Shown here piece by piece: positions 1 through 11,800 of a DNA stretch of 64,000 nucleotides. The notes beneath the pieces were generated by a model. It was not told the origin of the DNA and did not search any database. It saw only the letters and a program-made list of their open reading frames with translations. Source of the stretch: Klebsormidium nitens. Its lineage: Eukaryota > Plantae > Klebsormidiophyceae. Made by a program: the position numbers and the translations under genes. The stretch covers positions 1 through 64,000 of the forward strand of contig DF237292.1 of the NCBI GenBank assembly GCA_000708835.1, given 5' to 3'. Within the stretch, counting starts at the first letter, position 1. Each line of letters starts with the position of its first letter.

Positions 1-1
1 T

Positions 2-62
2 AAAATTGCAGTTGCCTCGACTTTGACTTTCCCTAAGGCCACAACGAGAAGCCAGAGTGTCA
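2..62. repeat. 61-bp segment of MTP intron 3, repeated directly at 30988-31048
   Basis: AAAATTGCAGTTGCCTCGACTTTGACTTTCCCTAAGGCCAC(A/G)ACGAGAAGCCAGAGTGTCA occurs at both sites with one mismatch. Confidence 0.95.
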
Positions 63-68
63 TCCCAC

Positions 69-1441
69 CTAGCAAGTTAGTCACAACGTCGAAGAAGTGG
101 TCCTTGGCATACGCCTGCACGATCTCGTTCTCATGAATGCGGCAGAGCAGGAAGAGGCCCAGCTTGACAGCCGTAACCCCGACCATGACGCCGACCACCC
201 AGGGCAGGCTCTTGAGGTGGAAGTCGTGGTTGCTGTTGAAGAATTCACGAGCTGCTTCGACGAGGACCTGAAGGCCCAGCATCGCCATGATGCTGGCAAA
301 CACGATAATGCCCTGAGGAGGAGGAGAGGAACAGTCAGGTTCAAATGGAGACCTTTTGGAGTTGCCATACAGGAGGGAAGACGAACAGCCAAACCGCCCT
401 TTAAGACAGGGGCTTGAGTCAAGTCGGAGAGGGTTTGGTTGGCCGGAGGAGGTTTGCTGCACCTTGAGAAGACGGTATTTATGCTTTTCTGCATTGAAAC
501 ACTGAAGAAACCGCTTTCATAGACTGAAGAAAGGGCAGATTGAAAAGCCTAAACATGACGAAGTGCACCTCTCTCTCTAAACGTATGGTCTTTCAAACTT
601 CATTTCAGGACCGCTCTTCTCCTCAAGAGTGCATTTGCTCGCCACCAACGCTCACCAGTGGCTGCATCCGCTTCTTGCCAATGGGGTACTTGTACGGGTT
701 CACGCGGCGCATGGACCGCGCAGTGTACCAGAGGATGAAGCCGCTAAGCATGTCCAGAAGGGAATCTAGGGTGCTGGCAATGATGGCCAGAGAGCGACTG
801 GCGATTGACGCATATACTTTGAGGCAGAAGAGCAGCACGTTGGCGATGTTGCTCAGCTTGATGGCCAGCCGCTCCCCGCGGTCCGTCCTCTCCCGTTCCC
901 TTTGCTGCACGATACAACGGGTATGTTGGATTGCAAAAAGAGGTGCCTTTGCAATGCACTTTTGGAGAAGCCATGGTGCTGTGCTGGCGCTGCTCAGAGC
1001 TGGGCGCTGCTTAGAGCTGAGGCTGCTTAAACTTAAAGCATCTGGGACTCTACCCTAAAAAGCAGTCAGATGTCTGATACTAAAAAGATAGTGTGGTTGC
1101 CTCACGGGGCTGTCAGCCCAGGAATGAGGCTGGCAAGTTTTCCTCACCATAGCCTCTGCGTTGACAGCCATCCTCTCCTCGAAGGTGTCCAGGTCGTTGA
1201 ACTGGCTAAGAATCTCATTCTGCTTGTTATAATACTCGTTCACCAGCTTGCTGTACCCTCTCCTCTTTGTCAGAGGGTTGCAGAACGAGGCCTCAGGGTC
1301 TGGCGGTCTTTCAGCCTTCTCTAGCGTCTTAGGCAAGCTCTGACGCCAATCCCGCTCAATCGCAGGGCCCGGCTCGCTTGGACCGTCATGCGCCTCAGCA
1401 CCTTCCTGTCCAATCTCCCATTGCGAGAGCACGGGGCACAT
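69..1441 (-). CDS. MTP: Metal tolerance protein (cation diffusion facilitator, Mn-CDF MTP8-11 type), exons 1-3 (1441-1148, 904-656, 312-69); intron 3 runs off the left edge
   Basis: Translates to ...[13 protein letters not shown]..., ...[49 protein letters not shown]...[30 protein letters not shown]...[15 protein letters not shown]. Splice sites are canonical GT/AG with matching phases. The start codon is uncertain. Confidence 0.9.
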
Positions 1442-2978
1442 GTTGGCGGCTGAAAGGAAAACCCCAAAACCCCTTCAAGAGCAGAGTCTGCTTAAAGATT
1501 GGACAGGTTCAAGTTGGCAAAGATGGAAGACAGCGTTCTTCAAGCAAGAATGTCCCTTTTGAGAAAGACGTCTTCTCATCCTCTTCTCCAGAAACGAGGT
1601 GCAAGCTCCTCCTCTCGAGGGCGCGCGCCCCGGCCGCGGCCTTAGCCGCGCACGGTTTGGCGCAATTTTCCTTGGCGCGCGCGCACATATAAGAGTCACG
1701 ACTACTGTACGGCGGCCGGCCTACATGTGACCCGGGTACGGTCACGGACGGTGACGGTACGCCTGCTTGAACGGTCAGTGCTCGGTGAGAGGCCGGCGAT
1801 CTGCGTGCTCATCAACCTCTGCACGTATGCATGCCGTCGGCCAATTCTTAATGCAGTCACCATTATTTCGGCCCAGCTAGGCCGGGCGCGATCATACATG
1901 CGTTGCAAATAGGCGCGACAGCGCTGCCGATGCAGACATGCATCCCATCAGTGTGTGCTGCGTGCTGAGCTATTGAAGACATGGCCCGGGGTCATATATA
2001 GAGTGCGTATATGAGACTTTCGTAGCATAGCGCTCACACATTCATGCAGCCGCGCCCACATCATCGCTTCGAGTCCGACGGTCGGCACCGTTGCTCGAGG
2101 TTCGATCTTCTTTGACCGACGTTGGTACATGTGTACATGTGTATCGAGTCCACAACCGTCCCGGACGCCGTCCGAAATGAAAATCGGACCCCGCGGCGTC
2201 GGTAAATTTAATCGATAATTCGGAATTCTACGGACCGTGGGTACTTCCACGGTATGGGTACTTCGTAACGCGAAAAATTTAGCGTCGAAAAATCTACGGC
2301 GATTCATGTAGAATTGAGTCCAGATTCTACTCACCAACACTTGGTCAAATTCCAGTGAAGCCGGTCGTGCGTTGGGATCCGTCGCTCCAAACTTGGAGCT
2401 GATTCTTCCGATATCAGCCACTACCATATAGAGCACATCCACGAAGATCGACGGCTGAGGGCCATCGGGGGAGGCACGGGTCAATCACTATCGTCAGTAC
2501 AGTAAAGGCTAATTAAGACTATTATCACCATATCGATTATGCCCTGTTCAAGCTGACGGCATACCAGCGCGGCGCGCTCAGAACACCCGGTTATGCGCAA
2601 GCTAGGTATCCATGACCCTTCAATGATGTATGTAAAAGCAGCATAAGTAAAGGCCTATATAAACTTGTTACAAAGGTTGTAGGATCTTGTATGCAATATG
2701 CAATCAATGCCGTTTCCTATTGCAGCGATTCAGTTCACAACCTTCCAAATTGAATGATATCATTTGAAATTGCTTGTTTTGAGAGAATCACATGCGACCG
2801 TGGCAATTTAAAGTCGTATTAACTGTACTTACTAAGTAACCTACACTAACTTACATTGACTGCGGGTCATCCTAAATGCAATCACAGTATAAATAAGGCT
2901 GAATCTTGTCATTTGAAGTTGACTGAACCACGTTGGCTTCCTTGCTGAACCCTAGGGCAGGCGCACTAGCGGGCAGCC

Positions 2979-5900
2979 ATGAATCCTCTCTCATGGCAGA
3001 CGACAAAGCTACGGACAGAGTGCTCTGCAAAAAGCCTAGCCCAGAAGGAGGCAACCCTGAAGCGGAAACGGTTGGAGGCGGCCGTTGCGCAGCTCCGGCA
3101 AGGCGGTCAATTTGCTGCCCCTCCAAAGCGAAAGCTTGAAGTGCGGCCCGTCACTCGCAGAGCGTGCAAGCAAGGAAGCCAACGTGGTTCAGTCCAGATA
3201 CGATGCATACATTGTTGAGAGTCAGGAGAAGCTGAGGGGAAGCTGAGAGCAGTAGAGGCAAATTACGCAGAGGCGTTACAGAATATGAAAGACAGGTTAG
3301 AGCAACAAAGCAAGCAACATCTCAAAGAAGTGACAGCCTTGCGTGTGAAACACCGCAGTGCGATCCAGACTTTCAAGGGGACCTTAGAGGGGACAGCGCT
3401 GCGAGAGCGGAAAATGCAAGGTGGCAGCACCGCGCCCACGCTCCGTAAGATGTCAAGCAAGATAGAGACAATGCTTACAGAGTTGTTCGCTAATTCGGAA
3501 GCCAGGAGACAGGCTCTGTATGAGCATTACCGGCGACATCCTAGCGACTACCAGCTCATCACTAATGTAGCGGCGGCAAACCGGACAACCTTTGAGGCGC
3601 TCTGCCGCTTGCACCCAGAGTGGCTGCAGCCTCATCAGCGCGCTGTCATTGAGGCAATCGAGGCGGCGTGGACAGTGAACCAGTGCCTCGCAATGCAGAT
3701 CCACTGCAAGCTGGGTCACGGCGAGAAGTGGCAGAATCTCATTAATCTCCTCTGCAAGACCTACAACTCCCTGGCAAAAGAGTGGCAACCGCGGGAGATC
3801 CTGTACGAAGGCAGCAAGCTGTACTTGCCTTCGCTGAAGTCGAAGGGTCGGGTGAACGAGCACCGCGAAACCCTCCACGCCATCATTCCCCTCCTTCAAA
3901 ACGAGGACGGTACCGCGTGCTGGACGGAACTCCCGCTCCTCATCAACGAGACGATCCTCCTTGACCGCGCGCGAGGATACCTGCAGAGCCGGACGCTTCA
4001 GAATCAGGACAAGGTGTGGCTGCATTGGGGGGGCGACGCAGCGGGGTGGCTGAGGGGCCAGTCCCACAGCATCTGGGGTTTCAAACTCCTGGGTAACCAG
4101 CGGGTAGTTTCACACTCTCCCAAGGACATGCGGGTTGCTCTCACTTTTGAGGGCAAGGACAAGTACTCCACCTACAAGGAGTACCTGCAACCCTTTCTGC
4201 AACACATGGAAGATCTGGCTGAGGGGGGGGTGCTCGTTGAAAACACGCAGTACGAGGTGGAGCAGACAATGGGGGCCGACTACGTGTTGATGTGTGAGCT
4301 CCTGGGTCACTCTGGGGCGGGTGCTACAAACGGGTGCTGCCTATGCGAGCAGCATAAGGACCTCTACGGCAAGACGGTCCTAAACGACGACGGAAGGAGA
4401 GTCCCCGTGAAAGCGAAAGCCCGGACGACAGAAAGCATGGCTGCAGCAGCGCACCGCCCCTGGACTACTGGCCCTGATGTTCACTGCCCCCACTGCGACG
4501 AGCGGTTCCCTGACCAAGCCGCTGTGGACGCCTCAAAACCCCCCGAAACCAAAACTGAGATCCGGAACTTCCAGCTCCGCCACGCTGGAATGAGGTTTGG
4601 CACTCCGCCACTCTTCAAATTCCCCATTACAGCCTACGTCATCTGCATCCTTCACCTCCTGCTACGTCTGATGGCCATCACCTTTCTTCGAACGGTGGCA
4701 GTCAACATCAACACAGTGGCTAAAGCTGATGCAGTCAACGCCCTGATCAAGGCTCTTCACCTGGGATGCAAGAAGTTGGAGCCGCGAAAGAAGAGCGGCG
4801 ACAAGAAGAAAGACACGCAGAACCTGAACTTTATTGGAAGGTAAGAAACCTTGGACACTCACCACACAATTTGCATTTGGTCTTCTGCAGGTGCGTACGT
4901 TCTGCGCCCCCAGGATGGTGTCGCTTCCAATTTCAGCTGCTCCGGTTTTGCTTACGTCCCGTGCTTGAAGCCGCTTGATCCGCTCTGGAGTCGAACCAGA
5001 GACACACTTTCTGCTGAAAGCAGAAGTGCGCGGCTGCCAGCCCGGACCTTTTATAATGTTTATGAATCCTGCTCCTGCTTTGTGCCTCTAATTTAGGTAC
5101 GAACTCCAATTGTTTCTCTAGTGCTCTGCAGACTGGCTGCTTGATACTGCAGGTTGACTAACATGAAACGGATGACTTTGCCTACAGAACGGCGCTAGTC
5201 CAACATCTGCAAAAAATGAAAAAAACAATTGAAAGTCAATATAGATATATGTCAATCTGATACATATTCATCCCTGCAGAGAGGCCCGCGTCCTTCTGCA
5301 CCCAGACGTGTACAACACCTTCCTCAACATTGTCATCGACGACGACGAGAAGAGGGCAAACGCCAGGACGATATGGGACAACCTGGCGTGCTTTTACAAC
5401 GAGCTTATCAAGCCCCTCGACGATCCAACTGACCAAGCTGAACGTCTGCGCAAGAGCGTTCTGGTGCAGGACAAGGCTGTGGCCTACGTGGACAGCTTCA
5501 CCGCCCAGGTGGGGATGGACAAAGCAACTCTCTACATGCATCAGGCCATGGACCACATACCTGAGATGGTGCTCCGGTTCGAGGTGGACATCTCGGACAT
5601 GTCACAGCAGTTTGTTGAAGCCAAGCTGAAGGAGGGAAAGACAGACATGCAGCTGTTTAGCAACAAGCGGCTGGTGGACGAAACGCAGAAGAAGGGCCGG
5701 AACCAACAGGTGATGGCAAAGGGACGAGAGAGAATTGCTCTGAAGCAGTCCATTGACTTTCCCCTGAGCCGGAACGAGAAGCGACAGCTGGGTGATGGTA
5801 GTAAAGCGGCCGAGCAGACGGTTGAGAGGGCGCGGAGGCGGGGGCAGCTGGCCAGTCGGAGTCAGGCGCAGATCGAGAAGAGGGTAGCAAAGTGCGCGCC

Positions 5901-6327
5901 CGACGTCAGTCGGGTGTACCTCGGTTACAAGAACAAGCTGGAGCAGCTCACCGGGTTGGAAGAAGGGGGGGAGTCGGACGAGGAGCTCCCGAACAACGTG
6001 GCGTCGCGGGCGAGCGCCTCCTTCATCAGCAACGCGAACACGTCCGGAAACCAGGGCCCCGTTTCAGGGATGCCGCGGGCGTCAGGGGTGGCAGAGAGCG
6101 AAGTGGGGCGCGGAGCAGGAGTTGAGCCGGAGCGAGGTGGTCTGGCAGCAGGACCAGCCCTTGCGCAGGCTGCAGGCAGGGGTGCAGGCAGGGGGGGGCG
6201 GGCAGGAGGGGGTGGGGCTAGAGGCAGGGGGCCAGGTGGGGCTGGGAGGGGCGCAGGCGCAAGAGGTCGAGGAAGAGGCCGGACGACCGGTGGCAGAGCC
6301 ATCCCTGCATCAGCTAGACCAAATTAG
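2979..6327 (+). mobile_element. RAG1/Transib/Chapaev-type DDE transposase; core join(3219..4840,5280..6327); N-terminus (2979-3218) disrupted or not resolved
   Basis: Motifs in RAG1-core order: LHWGGD(4035)AAG; MGAD(4278)YVLMCELLGHSGAGATNGCCLC; ICILHLLLRL; NFIGR|EARVLL across an in-phase GT-AG intron (4841-5279); TLYMHQAMDHIPEM; SQQFVE(5617)AKLK. No terminal inverted repeats were identified. Confidence 0.75.
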
Positions 6328-6652
6328 TTCAGTTCAAACCTAGTTAAAATTGAAGGATAGATGGGTTTGCTAGAAGGAATGCGTTAGACTAGACTTTATT
6401 TGGCAAGTTAGGATGTGCTTCTCCACCCTGATCCTTGACGAACTGGAAAGATCAAATCAAACTCACAAACCACAATAAATGTCAGCATTTCTTGTTCGTC
6501 AGATGCAGACCGCTGGTCAGGTGCTCCAGTCCTAAGCTGTTGCCCTATATCGTGTTTCAATGTGCTTAGAAAAGAGTGTTATCACCTGAGGGATGCCAAG
6601 CTGCCGCTGTTCAAGAAACCGTCATCCAATCATTTGAACAAGCAATAAGGTT

Positions 6653-7800
6653 TCATGAGAATTTCGCTTGATTGGTACATGTATGCTTACCTGACGAGGC
6701 ATTGCCGACTCCTTGTGATGCTGGCAGCTCGTGAAACCCTTCCTCCGTGTCTTCAGCATGCACATGGGCCAGCCGACCCCTCCTTTGCTTGGTCTCTCCG
6801 CTGCCATCTTCTGAAGGCCTTGGCATAATGTAGTGCTCAGAGACCATGGACCTCTCATGCCTAGCCATGGAGAATGCTTCCTCATCGAAAGAATCTCCCA
6901 CCACATACTCTGCCCTCAGGATTGCTTCCGACGCCTCAACCATTGCATCTGACACGCTGTACTCACAGTTTTTCATGTTGAATGCCTGATCCCGTATCCA
7001 CTTCTCAACAAAGTCCCAACCCTGCGCTGGCTCAAGCATGCCCTCTGCTTTGCTTATGTTGCCTGCGACAGTAAGCTGCACCCAGCCATAGAGAAAATGA
7101 ACTCTCGCCCCTGCTGCTTTGCTGACAGTGTGGGTGACTTCAACTGGTGGAACGACTACCAGAAGTTCCCCTGTCCCCAGCAGCTTGCAACAGCCCGCCC
7201 CGCGCTTCTCATTGACAAGCAAAAAAGAACAGAACTCCTCCACTGCTCGTGTAGTCTCTAAAAGCTTGACATGCACGTGACAACCGTGCTGGTCTTGTAG
7301 TCAACCTCGTCCCAATCCTCAGAGAAATTGGCCTTGAAAGCAGCCAGAGGAACATAGGGCTGAGTCACCCAAACAACCCCCGAGTGATTGGTACCAGACA
7401 GCCGCCAAAAGATCTTCCTGCGCCAAAAGGCCAGGATATCTCGTGCATCATACAGACAAGCATTCTTGCTAGGGCCTCCTTCAGAAAGATGTGCTCGTGC
7501 ATACTGAACTTTGCATGCAGGGCAGCGCTTCATAGCTCCCTCCAGCTTCTTCCCATCCCTAGGACAGAACCGAAAAGAAGCTCCAGAAGCCTCAGTGACA
7601 CGGAAGCCCTCACGAGCATCAGCAAGTTGCTTCAACTCTGTCTTTGTTTTCTTTGGGCGGGGGCGGTCAGAGAACCTTTGCTCCTTCTTCTTGCCCTTGC
7701 GTTCCCTTTCTCCACCTGCCATGTACCTGCCTGCGACTCCACAGGCCTCCCTCCTTTGCTGAACCCACTGTTTTGCAGGAGAGAGGAGAGCATTGGACAA
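6653..7800 (-). pseudogene. Unknown gene convergent with the transposase; two overlapping ORFs joined by an apparent 1-nt frameshift near 7270
   Basis: ORF 7258-7800 (basic KGKKKEQ...RPRPKKTK, CPRD...CPAC) overlaps ORF 6653-7276. Restoring one base at GTC-AC-GTG gives a continuous ...STVVTVHVKLLETT... reading. No family recognised. Confidence 0.5.
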
Positions 7801-8890
7801 TGGCTGGAAGCCTGGCCAAATTGAATCTTACAAAACCGTGCGGTGAAAGTCTTGACCTTATCTTTAGGATCGCCCCTGGCAAGTTTCAGCCACACCAAAA
7901 AATGGCTCAACAAGGACCATGCAATTTCATTGCTGTCACCTCAAACCTCCCCAGCAGTACTGGCGCGCAATCTTCCTGACCAGCACCATGCAGTGCTTGC
8001 ATCTAGCGGCTGAAACTTGGTGGAAGCCCTCATCGATCGGCGTTCGAGGCCTGAGCAAGCTTTTGAAGCTCGACTTTATTGGTGCGCAGCCTCTGCAACG
8101 AGCTTTTCCGCCAAAATTTCAAATTTGAAATAGCTCCTCTGAAGCCATTTTCATGCTGTCCGAACACCTTCTTTGACATGAGTCTAACGTTTTTCGGCCT
8201 TTTACTGAGTGAAAGTCTACGAACGGCTGCGATGGTACGACGCCAGGCATATTTGTCATCCGACGGCCGCGCGCGGCTGGACCCGACTGGGCCTAGGATG
8301 GTTGTGGTCGATCCGACCGAGCCGGATGCAAATTGCATATATTCCAATTCGAGTTACCTATAATTAAATCTTGTATCCGGCTTGCCCTAAACCAGAAAGC
8401 GGACATGTTCGACATGTCTACATGCATCATTGAGGCTTCCTGATTCAAGGTAGAATCTCATTCAGCTACTAGCTTTCCAGCAGAACGGTCTTACATTCGC
8501 CTAATTTAGGAGCCGACAGATTCACCATTTTGCTAAGCTTGATCGTACCAGGTCACATATCGACAATGGGCTTTTCAAATTGACCGGCCACCTGCGAGTT
8601 GTGCACTGGGCTTGCAGAGTTCTTCCAAGGTCGAGATGCATATGAGGTTGTAAGGTTGGGAGATGGTTGCGTAGATAATTGAAACGGCCATTTTTGTTGT
8701 GACCATAGGTTTCTTTTACATTGTCAAGAAGACTTTGCTTAGCATCCAGCCAAAGCCCTGCCTCTAGTGAAACATGGTTAAGAAGTTCAGTATCGCACAA
8801 GGTTACGAAATTACAAGGATCGCTCGCAAAAAACCAGCAAATTTCGGCAATGATGTTGGTGCAAACAGGATGAAGCCTGCTGGACGGATC

Positions 8891-11800
8891 CTAGTCCCCG
8901 ACTGGAGTCCGTGGCGTGCCTGGACTTCTCCGCTGCGTCCTTGGGGAAGCTGGGGTCGGCCAAAATCCAAACCTATCGAACATCCCCTGGAAAAGCATAA
9001 AGACAAGATCAGCACAACAATTTCAGGTCACCACTTTGACAGTCAAATCATGGATTAACAATAGACGATTCATATGTTCTTTTCAGAACCAATCCAGGAG
9101 CCAACAAGACGCAAGTCCTGTGTACTAAACCGATAATGGCTTTAGCTAGGGCGAAAAGAGAGCAAAGCGTTACAACGGGCTTACCGTCTGGTGATAGTCA
9201 CTCACGCCAAGCGCGATGCAGTAGTGTTCCTGTAACAGCGAACGACAGAGCGTGCCTTCAGCGCAAGTGCTGTCACCTTTCCGCTGGCATCGAGATCGAA
9301 ACAACGGCAGGATAGGGAGATCGTCCGGCATGGCCATATTCGCACTAGCGCATCCGCCAAGCACTTTTCACATCGTGGCACCGGTCTCGCTATACTGTGA
9401 CCAGGGCGAGGGTCTCCGTCAAGGGACGGCTCACCTGCATGATGTGCCACTCTTCGAACTCGTCAAAGATCTCGAGCTTCTCTATCCTGCAAGCACACAG
9501 ATGCCACCGTTGAGAAAAGCGCGGCGGAAAAGCCACTTCGTGCGCCCTCTCATGTCTTGAAATGCTTCGATGGGACGTCAACACAGCCTGAAGCGAGTTG
9601 ATCAATTGAGACAGCAAATTTGAGCAAGTACAACACAGACCCCTCACTTTGATGGATACTTTGAAGCACCAGCCAGTACTCAAGCGAACCTTGTATCCGG
9701 CCCTCAATCGTGCCGCAGCAGCCGCCCTTCTGCATCTAAAACACTTTCACATGCACGAGAGCCTTGGCGCGATTGACTCGTGGCTTGAGATGCTCCACTC
9801 GCCGATTCGCTCCCTGTGCAGCCTTCCTGATTCATCGATGACTAAGCAGCCGCTTGCTTACCTTTGGACGTCCGCTTTGGCCAGATGGTGGGTGTAGATG
9901 GCATCCATGTCGAGAGCCTCCGCCCTCTGCAACAGGAATGAACTGTGAGTTTGGCAGTCGGCCAGAGAACACTCAAAGACGAGACAGGTCAAGAACCTAT
10001 ATCACGCAAAGAGATGAGCAAAATAGAATCACACTAGTGACTCTTTGAATGGGGGCAGAGGCACGTAATCATCTGGCATCCACTGATTGTCTTCTGCATA
10101 ACGAAGTCTGCATGACAGGCATTTTTGAGGTCCTGCAAACTTTCTGAGAGTTGCAGCAGGATTGCTGGGCACGAAAGGCGCTGCAAATACTCTGCTAAAT
10201 ACAGGATCCTGGCGAACGAGAAGCCTAATTACGCCCAGTCAGGTCGCCCACAAAGCGAGCGCGGATGACGGACCTGCCAACCCGCGTTCAGGAAGCGTTG
10301 CTTCTTGGCCTCCGGAGTCGGCGTGGCCTCGATGCCCAGGAGCGGGCAGCCGCGCATCTGCAGAGCGCAACGAGTGAAGAGTCAGGTACGAACTGGTTCC
10401 AAGCGAGGACCCCGCTCTTAAAAAAGACTCGAAAGTTTGTCCCTTGGACCGACGAAGTTTTGGCGCGCAGCATCGGTGACCGGCTGCATAACACGGGAAA
10501 GCGTTGACGTCGAGTTCTCGGAACGCGTGCCAGATACTTCTCAGGGGCCGCCACATCGGATGTTCAATGTGACATCCAATAGAATGCAAGGACGGTGCCT
10601 TCGTGCCAAGCGACCTCGAAGCTCGAATTTGCTCGTGATATGAGCACTCTCACTGTGCTATTTCAAGCAGCTTAGAAACGAGATGTCACGTTGGAGGAGT
10701 GACAGCCGCTCCTTACACTTGGTGTGGAAGAGCGTCTGTAAACCTGTGCACAGAAGACTGTTGAGCCCGCAAGCGTAAACAGTAGTCAGATTAGAGAACG
10801 AATAGCCAAACGAACGTTTGGACGCTCACCTCGAGATTCCGTATCATTTGCTGCCCAAACGCGTCATCCGGCCGGATCTGAGCAGAGAAAGAAACGTTCT
10901 GATTCTCAAAGGAGCGTGGACACAATGAACAAGACTCTGCTTTTGACCTCCAATGCATTGTTCGAAAGGCTTCGACTGAAGCAACCGCAACAAGATGAAC
11001 CACCGGAACCAAAAATTTATCGGGAATTGACTTTGCATCACCTTCGAAGCGAGAGAGCTGGAGGCCGCAAGTAGTGATTCGAAGCACACAAACGGTTATG
11101 GTCAACTTCTGTGCAACTGGGATACCGCCAGACTTTACACCGTGCTTTTCGCAAGCACTGCACTTCGCATCTTGAGCACGGCACTCGAAGGGGCCATCTG
11201 TGCCTTCAATAATCAACATTTGGCCTCTGTAGTGAAGCGGCTGACATGTTGCGAGTGGCACCAGGCTCAGTGAGGTCACAATCAGGTCGGCAAATGGCCG
11301 CACGGCAGCAACGCGCGGAGTCTAACTCACCTGCTCGTAGATGACGAAGACACCCGTCTTGATCTTGTCCCCCGCCCACCGGATGAGCGCCTCGCTGTCC
11401 TTGGCCTCCAGGTAGATCAGCACGCACTCCGCCAGAATCAGGGTCGGGACACTGCACGCAGAAAAAAACCACTTTAAGACGCGGCCGCTGATCAGGGCTA
11501 ATCCTATCACCGGTCATCGCGCTGCCAATGGGGGAGAAGCAAATTGCTGGCCCGTTGGTTGCTGACTGTGACTCGACAAGGGAGCTTTCAGCGAGAACGA
11601 AAGCGCCACTCCTGCAAGCGGAGACCCTAGGTTCTTCTTTCTCAACGCCCGCAGTGCCCTTCCACATGCCCGGCCAGCAACCTTAGCTCCTGATTCTCTT
11701 TAGTAAAGCACCACCTGCAAGTTGCAATAATGCTGAGATACTAGAAAGTCAGGGAACAGGAACGCCTTTCAGGCTCACCTAGGATCAAAGCCGGCCCCCT

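Noticed and set aside
1702-2503. TACTGTAC...GTACAGTA as terminal inverted repeats of a small element
   Set aside because: The match is only 8 bp with no extension, which is expected by chance in a post-hoc search.
6653-7800. Calling the convergent gene RAG2-like
   Set aside because: No kelch repeats or PHD finger are visible; only the orientation resembles ProtoRAG.
2150-8307. Inverted CCACAACC(G/A)TCC motifs at 2150 and 8296 as subterminal repeats
   Set aside because: A similar ACAACCGTC motif occurs upstream of PP2C (near 44255), so these are more likely generic promoter motifs.
2486-8769. CACTA(2486)...TAGTG(8765) as CACTA/Transib-type ends of the transposase element
   Set aside because: Only about 9 of 12 bases match, the flanks (AAT versus AAA) give no target-site duplication, and the right site lies in the likely LCMT1 3' flank.
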